DNA of 42,721 bases from a bacterium. Its GTDB lineage: Bacteria; UBA10199; 2-02-FULL-44-16; DYJF01. The DNA lies in assembly GCA_041739675.1 (NCBI GenBank), contig JBGSNL010000067.1, forward strand, positions 1 through 42,721, written 5' to 3'. This document shows, piece by piece, positions 1 through 8,832 of this stretch. Positions within the stretch are counted from its first letter, which is position 1. Each line of letters starts with the position of its first letter. The notes under the pieces were generated by a model. It saw only the letters and a list, made by a program, of their open reading frames with translations, had not been told where the DNA came from and did no database searches. A program made the position numbers and the translations under genes.

Positions 1-3000
1 CAATCACCGCCCGAATCCGGCTCCAGATGTAAGTCAACAGCGACCTCGATTCTCTGTCCCCCGGCAAGAGTGATTGCCGGCATCACTATCTCATCGACTT
101 CTGCGACGACTCTGCCAGTTACTTGTTCTCTTACACTCGCCACCGATCCGCCACTTGTGCCGGCGCCGGAATCTTGGCCCACGCTCATCGACGCTATGCT
201 TATCTCTCTGCGTTCGGATGAATGTGCACTATGGTAAATGCTGGCCAGCGCCTCTTGAGAGAGACCTGCCGGCTGTGAATCGCTCGGCCCCACGAATGAC
301 GTGACAGTGCCTCCTGACATGGCAACCGATGCAAGATCATGATAGTAATCTGTGCTATCTTGCGGAACCGACGGCACCTGCTCGGTCACTGATGGTACCG
401 GTTGGCTCGTGTGAGTCTCTGAGGCAACTTCGGCCGGTGCGGACCATGTCCTCTGGTACGATCTTGTCGGCTGAGCGTTGGCATCTGAAGCCGCCGCGAC
501 AGTCATCGTGCCGCTCTCAATTCTTCTGTCCGACTGGGCGCTATCGTAGATCGATAAATCGATCTGAATTTTTCCTTCTCCATCTGCCGTTTTTTGCTTC
601 GCCAATTCCAACAGTACATTCGCTATTTCCGAGCGGCTGAATCTATTGGAAACAGCGACGTCAGAAAACATGATCTCATCGGGTGTCTCATCATTTCCCT
701 GCTTGATCCTGATTTCCCGACGCAACTTCGCTATCACCTCTTCAATTGTCGTTGCCGACCTCAAGTCAATGCGATCGTCTATCACAAGACCCGGGTAGTC
801 TTCTGTATTGGCTGCTTCCTGGACGACCGGCGTAGCCGCGGGGGTCGGTGATGCTGCGACCGTTGGCGTCGTTGCCGCGGGAGTTGTAACCGCCGGCGCT
901 GTAGCAACTGCCGGTGTTTCAACAGTTGGTGCCGGTGTCGGTGCGGTCGGCGTTGCAGCCGGTGCAGACGGGGCCGTCACGACGGTGCCGTTGTCTATTA
1001 TGGTAACGGGTATCGATCTCCTGGGCTCTGCTGACGGCGTCGGTTCAACAGACGGCGTCGGCTCTACTACCGGTGCAGGCTCTGCGGCCGGAGGAGGAGG
1101 TGGTCGTGTCGCTGCAGGTTGAGAGGCCGCTTGTCTCTCTCGCAGGCGTATAAACGCGGCCTGTGAGGCACTTGAGTCGGGAGGCGTTACTGGCGTAGTT
1201 TCGGGGGTTGCCGGTGCAACCGTCGTTGCAGGTGTCGGTGTTGGCTCAGGCACAGGTGTTACCACAGGCTCAGGTATCGCTGCCGGTGCAGGCGTGGCTA
1301 CCGGTGTAGGCTCGGCTGCCGGGACAGGCGTAGCCGGAGGCGTCGCTGCCTCTTCAGATGATCCTTCAGGAACTGTATCATCAAACGTCATGTCAGCAGT
1401 CTCTTCCGATTCTGCGGGAACTTCCTCAGCAGCAGGGGTCTCTTCGGTCGATGACGCTTCCGCAGACTGCGCGGCGGTCAATTCGCTTATGATCCACGCC
1501 GCCGTACTCACGGTTTCAATCGGAGGTTGTTCGCCGTTGAACGTGATGCGTGTGCCTTCGGGCAATTTTGCCAGGATGTCGTTTAATTTCTGTTTGTTCT
1601 CCTTGAGATACGCAATCAGGTCTGCTTCGCTTCCGGTTGTGCACTTGATTTCGAGCGATTTTCCGTCTTCACTTGCCACCGCTTCAAGTCCGTGTCCGCC
1701 GAATCCATCTTGCGCCACCAACTGCTCCGCAACCGTTTTCACTTTCTGCGTTCTCAGCTCGTCGGCCGACGTCGTACGCGCCGTCGCCTCCGTCGTGAAC
1801 TGCTCCGAGTTTTCGTCAAGCGCGTCCATGTATCTGTCCGCCGCCAGACCGTTATTGAAGTTGACTCTCGTAATGTATGTCGGCTCGGCTCCGAATCTCA
1901 GTTTGCCGGTATCGGCATTGAAAGTCGGCTTCGGTGTGATCTCCGTGAAAGCGCCCTCCGCGTTCATCGTGAACCACTTGCCGTCGCGCAGATAGAGCTT
2001 GTCGTTTGCCTCATCCAGCGGTGAAGCCGTCCTGCCGACCGCCGAACCCGGCTGTATCGTATATTCCTCGTAGACGTCGCCGTTTTCCGCAGTGAAGACC
2101 TTCGGCTCGACAAGCGAGAGATAATCGCCTCTGCTGACATAAAGATGATTGGTGTCGCGGCGGCCGCCGGTGAGAAATGGGATCACCTGATATGTATCGC
2201 CGTTTTTCCTGTACCATGTAGCGTGGCTGTTCGAGCCGACGCGGTAGAGTGTCGTTCCGTTTGCGATACCGGTCCCGTCCGCTGCCTCGCTCACTGTGAA
2301 TTCCGTCGCACTTGCGTCTCTGCCGTCAATCTTGATGCTCGTGGCCGCGCCCTGCGTGATTGTCAGTCTCGACTCGTCACCGGACGATTCCGGCCTTATG
2401 AACGATTCGAACGCCCTGCCGCGCACGTATTCACGGGCCTGGACTTCCGTCATATCCAGAACTTCTTTGGAGTACCACATGCCAAAATTTTCCACCCAGT
2501 TCGGGTTGACGGTCGTGGTCGTCTCACCTGTCTGCTCGTTCGTCTGCTTCGCCGACTTGACCGGCAGCGTACTCAAGATTCTTCCAAACTCGCCTGCGTC
2601 GCCCGCGGCCTCGGTTTCCACTCTCTCTACGATAGCTGCGGCTTCATCCGTGCTGTAGCCGGCTTTCTGCAAGCTCGTCTTAGCGTCGGTGATCGACTGT
2701 TCCGGAATCTCAGGGGTCTCTTCTGTCTCGCTCGGCCCGTCTACGGGATCAGTACTCGCATCGAGTTGAGAGGACGACTGCGGCATCTGCGGAGACGGCT
2801 GCGCTTGCGTTGCGGGGACCGAACCGCCCGCGGCTTCTACACCTGCGTCAACGAATAACTGGGCTATCGGCGTCTTGGCGGCCGCGGCGATTGAGTCGTT
2901 GAATCCTTCCATGGCATCCCAACTCATGATCTCGGAGGCGGTCATGGCAAAAAATCTGCCGCTCCCAACCGTCGAGCCGAATCCGAACGACTTCTGATTC

Positions 3001-3158
3001 ATCCAGTCGAGCGACGCGCCGGCATGGCTGAAAAAATCCGTGAACGCCGGCGAGGATTGCCCGTAAAAGGAGCCGCCCATCACGCTGGAAGATTCGTAAG
3101 CCAGCGGCTTATTGATGAAACGCTCCATGCTGAAAAGAGATGTCGAAAAGTTAACCAA
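1..3158 (-). CDS. Large hypothetical protein (>1,050 aa, C-terminus beyond the left edge) with a long Pro/Ala/Thr/Glu-rich linker
   Basis: Manual translation shows the minus frame open from TTG 3158 (or ATG 3128, MERFINKPLAYESS...) down to base 3 with no stop. It is absent from the ORF track because no stop lies in the window. The + strand Gly/Ala/Val-rich ORFs here are its antisense shadows. Confidence 0.9.
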   Translation of the reverse strand, partial: MVNFSTSLFSMERFINKPLAYESSSVMGGSFYGQSSPAFTDFFSHAGASLDWMNQKSFGFGSTVGSGRFFAMTASEIMSWDAMEGFNDSIAAAAKTPIAQLFVDAGVEAAGGSVPATQAQPSPQMPQSSSQLDASTDPVDGPSETEETPEIPEQSITDAKTSLQKAGYSTDEAAAIVERVETEAAGDAGEFGRILSTLPVKSAKQTNEQTGETTTTVNPNWVENFGMWYSKEVLDMTEVQAREYVRGRAFESFIRPESSGDESRLTITQGAATSIKIDGRDASATEFTVSEAADGTGIANGTTLYRVGSNSHATWYRKNGDTYQVIPFLTGGRRDTNHLYVSRGDYLSLVEPKVFTAENGDVYEEYTIQPGSAVGRTASPLDEANDKLYLRDGKWFTMNAEGAFTEITPKPTFNADTGKLRFGAEPTYITRVNFNNGLAADRYMDALDENSEQFTTEATARTTSADELRTQKVKTVAEQLVAQDGFGGHGLEAVASEDGKSLEIKCTTGSEADLIAYLKENKQKLNDILAKLPEGTRITFNGEQPPIETVSTAAWIISELTAAQSAEASSTEETPAAEEVPAESEETADMTFDDTVPEGSSEEAATPPATPVPAAEPTPVATPAPAAIPEPVVTPVPEPTPTPATTVAPATPETTPVTPPDSSASQAAFIRLRERQAASQPAATRPPPPPAAEPAPVVEPTPSVEPTPSAEPRRSIPVTIIDNGTVVTAPSAPAATPTAPTPAPTVETPAVATAPAVTTPAATTPTVAASPTPAATPVVQEAANTEDYPGLVIDDRIDLRSATTIEEVIAKLRREIRIKQGNDETPDEIMFSDVAVSNRFSRSEIANVLLELAKQKTADGEGKIQIDLSIYDSAQSDRRIESGTMTVAAASDANAQPTRSYQRTWSAPAEVASETHTSQPVPSVTEQVPSVPQDSTDYYHDLASVAMSGGTVTSFVGPSDSQPAGLSQEALASIYHSAHSSERREISIASMSVGQDSGAGTSGGSVASVREQVTGRVVAEVDEIVMPAITLAGGQRIEVAVDLHLEPDSGGD
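811..1420 (-). repeat. Low-complexity Pro/Ala/Thr/Glu coding region (EPTP, TPA, APA units) within the large ORF
   Basis: Translation includes AATPPATPVPAAEPTPVATPAPAAIPEPVVTPVPEPTPTP, VEPTPSVEPTPSAEP and AATPTAPTPAPTVETPAVATAPAVTTPAATTPT. Confidence 0.85.
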
Positions 3159-4326
3159 TCAAACCCCCGTTGTAGAGGCCCTTGTAGAAATTTCCCAGAT
3201 CGACCTCAATATCGCCCACGATGCGGTCCGTAAGAGGCAGCACCGCAAAGGCGTCGTGAATCCTTGCGCCAGCCTGAACATCAACGTCTCTGATCTCCAT
3301 CAGGCGCTGCTCAACCACACTCTTTATGACGTGGCGTTCAAGTATGTTTCTCTTCGCAAGCACCGTTTCGAGTCCCGGCTGCTCGCTATCGAATTCATTG
3401 AAAACAACAAGCGAATCCTCTGTGGGTATCGTGCCGGCGGCTGAAACTTCACTGCTTCCCTGCTCGCCATCGGAGTCTGTGCCGCCGCTAAAGGACGATT
3501 CGCCGCCGTAAACGCGGTTCATGTCATCCGTAGTCGAGCCCGCTCCCGTCCTGTAAACACCGGATCTCGCTCCCTGAGGCCCTCTTCTTCCGGTAGTCGG
3601 GCGAGGAGTATCTCCCTCTTCCCTTCTTGCCGTATCGCTTCTCTCACCATCCCTGTTCTGTGTGATCGACGCCTGGGCCGCCTGTGTCGTAACCTGCACG
3701 CCTTCGGCTGTCGCAGCTTGCCCCTGCTCCGAAAGTTTTTGCGTGTCGGGCCTTTCCGCACCCTGACGCGCGCGGTTCGGATCGTCGGTTGCCAACCTTC
3801 TCGGATCGACGTTTCTTGAAGTCGCATCCGCCTGCGCACGCTGCGGTTGCGTCGCGCGGTTCATCGCCTGCGCGAGCGTAAAGGTCGTCGCATTTTGCTG
3901 GTTCTGTGAAACCTGCGCCTGTGTGGCTTGAGTCGTCTGGGGCACGCTCTCCTGAGGTTGGGCCGCGCGTGATCGGGAAAGATTCTCAAGGACTTTTGCC
4001 TCGCCCTTCAGTTTTTGATACTGCTCCTGCGCCTGAACCCTTGCTCCTTCGGTCTGAACTTCGGGGCGCGCGGACTGTGTCTGCTGATGAGAGGTCCTGC
4101 TTTCAACCGGCGCGTGGGTCCTTGCCGCATCCTGTGACGGTACAGTCGGCGCGTGCGGGGCGTCGGCGTTTCTCGACTGAACGACCGCTTCCAATGACCT
4201 GTTTGCGGTCGTATTGTTGACAGATGCCTGCTCCTGGGCAAGGCGGTGCATGTTATCGACCACCTTTTCAGAGGCCTTCTTATTCTGCCAACCGTCCGCA
4301 TGATTTGTATCAATTATTCGCGCCAT
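3151..4326 (-). CDS. Hypothetical protein, Gln/Ala/Thr/Arg-rich and probably disordered, with a ~90-aa ordered C-terminal region
   Basis: 391-aa ORF with GGAG SD upstream; no signal peptide or recognisable domain; stop overlaps the candidate TTG start of the downstream large ORF. Confidence 0.8.
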   Translation of the reverse strand: MARIIDTNHADGWQNKKASEKVVDNMHRLAQEQASVNNTTANRSLEAVVQSRNADAPHAPTVPSQDAARTHAPVESRTSHQQTQSARPEVQTEGARVQAQEQYQKLKGEAKVLENLSRSRAAQPQESVPQTTQATQAQVSQNQQNATTFTLAQAMNRATQPQRAQADATSRNVDPRRLATDDPNRARQGAERPDTQKLSEQGQAATAEGVQVTTQAAQASITQNRDGERSDTARREEGDTPRPTTGRRGPQGARSGVYRTGAGSTTDDMNRVYGGESSFSGGTDSDGEQGSSEVSAAGTIPTEDSLVVFNEFDSEQPGLETVLAKRNILERHVIKSVVEQRLMEIRDVDVQAGARIHDAFAVLPLTDRIVGDIEVDLGNFYKGLYNGGLIG

Positions 4327-4439
4327 ATGGGAACTCCACTCACCATGTTAAAGTGAGTATCATCTCCTCTAATAAGCTGAAATCACTCATGTTTATGCTC
4401 TCGCCCACCAATATTTCCCGGGCGTCCGGCAGTATATAA

Positions 4440-4456
4440 TGCAAAACGTCTGCCAA
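4440..4456 (-). promoter_or_regulatory. sigma54 (RpoN) -24/-12 promoter
   Basis: Minus strand reads TTGGCAGACGTTTTGCA, with GG-N10-GC spacing, about 115 bp upstream of the ATG at 4326. Confidence 0.75.
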
Positions 4457-4460
4457 ATCC

Positions 4461-4490
4461 GTGATTAGTGATTGGTGATTGGTGATTGGT
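4461..4490. repeat. Tandem heptamer repeat GTGATT(A/G) x4 plus GT
   Basis: GTGATTA GTGATTG GTGATTG GTGATTG GT read directly. Confidence 0.95.
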
Positions 4491-4592
4491 AAAAAACCCT
4501 TAGAAAATAAGAGGTTGTGTCGGGCGAATTTGAGGCCTGGTCAGTGATATGAGTTTAGATAAGTGATTCGGGGTGATCATACCCCATAGAGG

Positions 4593-5561
4593 TCAGCCTG
4601 GCATATGACTTTTCAGCGAATTTATTCTCGTCAGACGCGCCTCAAGGTCGGCTATTTGGCCCTCGTCTGCCGCTTTGCGCAGATTAGTTAGGGTCTCTTT
4701 CTGGACTTCCATCCCCCTGCATATCATCACCATGTCGTGGCCCGCATTCAATGCTTTAAGGGCCGCATCGGGGATGGGCATCAGATTCGCGATTCCCTTC
4801 ATATTGAGATCGTCGGTTATTATCACACCTTTGAAACCGAGCTCTTTTCTGAGAAGCTCCGATGTGATTCTTCTCGATATTGATGCCGGCCAATCGGGAT
4901 CGAGGTTCGGCACCAAAAGATGGGCGGTCATTATCATGGGGATCTTTGCGGCGATGGCAACCCGAAACGGATGAAGCTCGCAGAGCTCAAAACGACGCCT
5001 CGTGTGAGAAACGACGGGCAAAGAGAGGTGCGAATCGAGATCGGTGTCCCCGTGGCCCGGGAAATGTTTGCCGCACGGAACCACGCCGCCGTCCCAGAGC
5101 CCCTTCATCATCTGAATGGCCAGATCCGCAACGGAGAGCGAATCGTGGCCGAACGCGCGATCGCCTATGATAGGGTTGAAGGAGTTTGTGGCGACATCGA
5201 GCACAGGCGCGAAATCAAGATTGATGCCCACATCTTTTAGCTCACGGCCCATTTTGAAACCCGCATCGTAGACCGCCTGAGGGCCCTGCTCCGCTATTTG
5301 CGCGGCAGCCGGAAACTGCGTGAAGGGTTTTCCAAGTCTTTGCACCCTTCCGCCCTCGTGATCGATTGCGATAATGAGTTTACCATCGCCTGCCTGCTGC
5401 AGATCTGCCGTAAGTTTTTTGAGCTGCCTTGGCGACTCGTAATTTCTCTTGAAGAGAATGACGCCGCCGATCTCCTCGTTGCGAATAAAGGAGGTGAGCT
5501 CGTCTGACGCCTTTGTTCCTTCAAACCCAATGATCATCAGCCGGCCCGGTGAATCGCTCAT
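4593..5561 (-). CDS. nagZ: Beta-N-acetylhexosaminidase (GH3, NagZ)
   Basis: Motifs IDHEGGRVQR, KHFPGHGDTDLDSH, IITDDLNM. Start reassigned to ATG 5561 (MSDSPGRL), just after the upstream permease stop. Confidence 0.92.
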   Translation of the reverse strand: MSDSPGRLMIIGFEGTKASDELTSFIRNEEIGGVILFKRNYESPRQLKKLTADLQQAGDGKLIIAIDHEGGRVQRLGKPFTQFPAAAQIAEQGPQAVYDAGFKMGRELKDVGINLDFAPVLDVATNSFNPIIGDRAFGHDSLSVADLAIQMMKGLWDGGVVPCGKHFPGHGDTDLDSHLSLPVVSHTRRRFELCELHPFRVAIAAKIPMIMTAHLLVPNLDPDWPASISRRITSELLRKELGFKGVIITDDLNMKGIANLMPIPDAALKALNAGHDMVMICRGMEVQKETLTNLRKAADEGQIADLEARLTRINSLKSHMPG

Positions 5562-5563
5562 AA

Positions 5564-6367
5564 TTATCTCTCCCGCGGTGCAAGTTTGTCTCTCAAACCG
5601 TCGCCCAAAAAATTGAAACCCAGCACGACCAGCATAATAAATATTCCCGGAAAAATCGAGAGGTGAGGTGCGATAAGCAGATACTGCGTGCCTTGATCGA
5701 TCATGGCTCCCCACGAGGGCACGTCCACCGGCACTCCGAGGCCCAGGAAAGAAAGCGCGGATTCGATCATTATAACGCCCGCCATTCCGAAGCTCGCGTT
5801 CACGACGATCGGGCCTGCCATGTTGGGCAGGAGATGCTTGAAATAGACCCTAAGTTTTGAAACGCCTATCGCGCGCGTTGCAAGGATGAACTCGCGCTGC
5901 TTCAAAGCAAGTGTCTGCCCGCGCACGAGGCGAGCGTACGTGACCCAGCCCTTGAGGCTCAAAATTATTATGACGTTAAAGATGGAGGGCTCAAGAAACG
6001 CGGCGACGGCAAGCGCGAAAAGAAAACTGGGAAACGCCAAAAAAACGTCCGTTATAAAGAGAAAAATCTGATCGATCATTCCTCCTGCGTATCCCGCCAC
6101 AAGGCCCAGCATGCAGCCCATCACGAGCGAGATACCGACAACAGCAATGCCGATTCCAAGCGAGACGCGCGTGCCGAAAACAATGCGCGATAAAATATCG
6201 CGCCCGTCGGCGTCGTTGCCGAACCAGAAGCCCCCGTGCGGGCCGGCGAATTTCAGGCCAAGATTATAGGCGTTGGGGTCGTGGGGCGCGATGTAAGGCG
6301 CAAATATCGCCACCACAACCAGCAGCAGGATTACCGCAACTCCAATTTTTCTGATCCATTTCCTCAC
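5564..6367 (-). CDS. dppC: Peptide ABC transporter permease (DppC/OppC family)
   Basis: FGNDADGRDILSR, ESALSFLGLG, FNFLGDGLRD; GTG start overlapping the upstream stop (GTGA). Confidence 0.88.
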   Translation of the reverse strand: MRKWIRKIGVAVILLLVVVAIFAPYIAPHDPNAYNLGLKFAGPHGGFWFGNDADGRDILSRIVFGTRVSLGIGIAVVGISLVMGCMLGLVAGYAGGMIDQIFLFITDVFLAFPSFLFALAVAAFLEPSIFNVIIILSLKGWVTYARLVRGQTLALKQREFILATRAIGVSKLRVYFKHLLPNMAGPIVVNASFGMAGVIMIESALSFLGLGVPVDVPSWGAMIDQGTQYLLIAPHLSIFPGIFIMLVVLGFNFLGDGLRDKLAPRER

Positions 6368-7281
6368 AGCTTCACCCTCGGATCGAACGCCTTGTAGAGA
6401 CAATCGACGGTCGTGTTTATTATCACATATGCAAACGAGATCACCAGAATGCACCCTTCCACGACGGGATAATCGCGGCGCCTGATGGAATCTATGAGAA
6501 GCATCCCGATGCCGGGCCACGAGAAAATCTTTTCGGTGATTATCGTGCCGGCAAGCAACGTTCCCACCTGAAGCCCCACGATGGTGACAATGGGGTTCAA
6601 GGCATTTTTCAAAGCATGTTTGAAAATCACCGCGCGCTCGGAAAGCCCCTTTGCGCGCGCGGTTGTGATGTATTCCGATTTGATCTCATCTATCATCGAG
6701 GAGCGCGTCATACGCGAGAGCATCGCGGCGAGTGCCGCACCGAGTGTGACGGCGGGCAGGATAAGCGACGTCCACGAATCGCGCCCTGATATGGGAAGCA
6801 CGCCCAGATTCACCGAGAAAACGAGGATAAGGACAGGGCCCAGCCAGAAATTTGGTATCGATATGCCGATGAGCGCCACCAGCATTGCAAGGGAGTCCCA
6901 GATCGAATTCCTTTTCACGGCGGCGAATATGCCGGCCGGTATTGCGATGAGAACGGCTACAAACATTGCGCACGAGGCGAGAAGGAGAGTGGCCCCGTAG
7001 CGCTCCTTTATGAGCTCTGAAACCGGCGTCTCATCAAAGATAGATTTTCCCCAGTTGCCTGTCACGAGCCCTTTTAGAAAATCGGTGTATTGTTCTGCGA
7101 TCGGCCGGTCGAGTTTCAGATCGTGAGCGAGCTGGGCACGATCGGCGGGCAGCGCCTGCTCCCCAATTATGAGATCGACGGGATCGCCGGGTATCATGTG
7201 GATGAGAAAAAAGACGATCGTCGAGACCGCAAAGAGAACGGGGACGATCCACAATATGCGGCGGCGGATATATTTTCCCAT
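6364..7281 (-). CDS. dppB: Peptide ABC transporter permease (DppB/OppB family)
   Basis: PGDPV, YITTARAKGL (EAA loop region), EKIFSWPGIG, DPRV. Confidence 0.9.
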   Translation of the reverse strand: MGKYIRRRILWIVPVLFAVSTIVFFLIHMIPGDPVDLIIGEQALPADRAQLAHDLKLDRPIAEQYTDFLKGLVTGNWGKSIFDETPVSELIKERYGATLLLASCAMFVAVLIAIPAGIFAAVKRNSIWDSLAMLVALIGISIPNFWLGPVLILVFSVNLGVLPISGRDSWTSLILPAVTLGAALAAMLSRMTRSSMIDEIKSEYITTARAKGLSERAVIFKHALKNALNPIVTIVGLQVGTLLAGTIITEKIFSWPGIGMLLIDSIRRRDYPVVEGCILVISFAYVIINTTVDCLYKAFDPRVKL

Positions 7282-7282
7282 A

Positions 7283-8797
7283 TCAATCCCTGGAGATATT
7301 CACAAAAGTCAGATAGGACGCATCCGGGCGGACCGACACATCTTCAAGTGACTTTCTGTAAACGACGATATTTTTTTCATACCACAATGGAATGAACGGA
7401 AGATCGTCAAGAACGATTTTCTGCACCCTGGCGTAGATTTCCTTTCGCGCGTCTTTATCCATTGTGATGCGCGCCTGACGGACAAGTTTGTCTATTTCCT
7501 GATTTTCGTAACGGCTGCGGTTCAAGCCCCGCGGCGGGAAACGGGACGAATCGCACACGCTGTAAAAAATATCGGGCTCGGTAACGCCCACCCACGAAAG
7601 CGAATAGAGCTGAAAATTGCCGGTCCTCACGTCGCGATAGAACGTCCCCCATTCGTAGGGCTCCACCCTGACCGTGATCCCAGCCTTCGCCAGCTGGTGA
7701 GCGATCATGCGGGCGGTGTCTATACGCTCCTTGCTGGCAGACGTCTTGTACGAAAGCTTCACCGTCTTTAAGCCCGCCTCATCAAGCAACGCCACCGATT
7801 TTTCCGGATCGTATTCGTACTCACGAAGATCGTCATCGTATGCCCAGTTCGTCGGAGACAGAATCGAGTTCGCCTTCACAGCCATGCCGCCGTACCGGTG
7901 AGAGATGATCTCATCGCGGTCGATCGCGTAGGCTATCGCCTGTCTCACGCGAGGGTCCTTGAGATATTTGTCGGTGAGGTTCATCCCGAGATACGACACG
8001 ACGATTCCGTCGTCGGCTGTCATCTCAAGACCATCATTTTCGAGGACCTTTTTGAGGAGCAGCGCAGGCACTCCGTTTTGCACAAGATCGACGTCCCCCT
8101 TTATCAATTTCAGGACGCGTATATTGTCATCGGAGATTACGTGCAGCTTGAGAGTTTTGATCGCCGGGACTTTTCCAAAATAATTTAAGTTCGCCTCAAG
8201 CTCAACGATCTTGTCAGGCGCGAAACGCACCAACCGGTACGGCCCGGTGCCCACAGGCTCCCTTCCATATCGCCCTCCCAGCCTTTTGGCATCGGCCTCA
8301 GAGACGATGCCTTTCGTGAGGAGGGAAAGAAACGCCGCATAGGGCCCGGAAAGATCGATCCTCACGGTGTAGTCATCTTCGGCGACGACGTCTTTGATGT
8401 TTGAAAAATATTCTTTGAAGGGGGATGCTATCGCGCCTTCAAGAATGGTCTTATATGTATAGACGACATCTCTTGCAGTAAGCGGATTTCCGGAATGAAA
8501 CAGGACCCCGCGGCGCAGAAAAAAACGGTATGAGACGTCGTTCACCTTTTCATAGCGCTCCGCCAAGCCGGGCACGATCTCCAGATCGTCATCTCTGGCC
8601 ATCAGGCCGTCGAATATGAGCTGGCTGATCTTGTCGCCCTCGGCATCGGTGGCGAGCCTGGGGTCGAGTGTCGCGGGAGAAGACTGTATTGCAACGCTTA
8701 AGACGCCCTCTTCAGGGGCCCTTGCCCCCTTGCAGGAGGGCAAGAGAGCTAAGGCCGCAAGCAGCACGCATAAATTGACACTCGATTGAATCTTCAT
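7283..8797 (-). CDS. Peptide ABC transporter substrate-binding lipoprotein (SBP family 5)
   Basis: Lipobox-like LPSC, TLDP, GTGPY, VRQAIAYAIDR. Start at ATG 8797. Confidence 0.88.
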   Translation of the reverse strand: MKIQSSVNLCVLLAALALLPSCKGARAPEEGVLSVAIQSSPATLDPRLATDAEGDKISQLIFDGLMARDDDLEIVPGLAERYEKVNDVSYRFFLRRGVLFHSGNPLTARDVVYTYKTILEGAIASPFKEYFSNIKDVVAEDDYTVRIDLSGPYAAFLSLLTKGIVSEADAKRLGGRYGREPVGTGPYRLVRFAPDKIVELEANLNYFGKVPAIKTLKLHVISDDNIRVLKLIKGDVDLVQNGVPALLLKKVLENDGLEMTADDGIVVSYLGMNLTDKYLKDPRVRQAIAYAIDRDEIISHRYGGMAVKANSILSPTNWAYDDDLREYEYDPEKSVALLDEAGLKTVKLSYKTSASKERIDTARMIAHQLAKAGITVRVEPYEWGTFYRDVRTGNFQLYSLSWVGVTEPDIFYSVCDSSRFPPRGLNRSRYENQEIDKLVRQARITMDKDARKEIYARVQKIVLDDLPFIPLWYEKNIVVYRKSLEDVSVRPDASYLTFVNISRD

Positions 8798-8832
8798 TAG
8801 AATCCGCCACACTTTCTCAAAGGGCCCCCACA

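Noticed and set aside
74..3511. Plus-strand ORFs including Gly/Ala/Val-rich 808-1122 and 1294-1995
   Set aside because: Antisense shadows of the long minus-strand ORFs; Pro/Thr codons read as Gly/Val on the other strand.
4461..4490. Tandem repeat as a CRISPR array
   Set aside because: 7-bp units without spacers and no cas genes.
4570..4585. GGGGT-N6-ACCCC hairpin after nagZ as an intrinsic terminator
   Set aside because: Only a 5-bp stem with no following U-tract.
5562..5714. Long N-terminal extensions in the ORF track (nagZ here; also dppC, rpsP, ribD, panD, PilM-like, secretin)
   Set aside because: They overlap upstream genes or promoters; family similarity and SD sites point to downstream starts, so they are not fusions.
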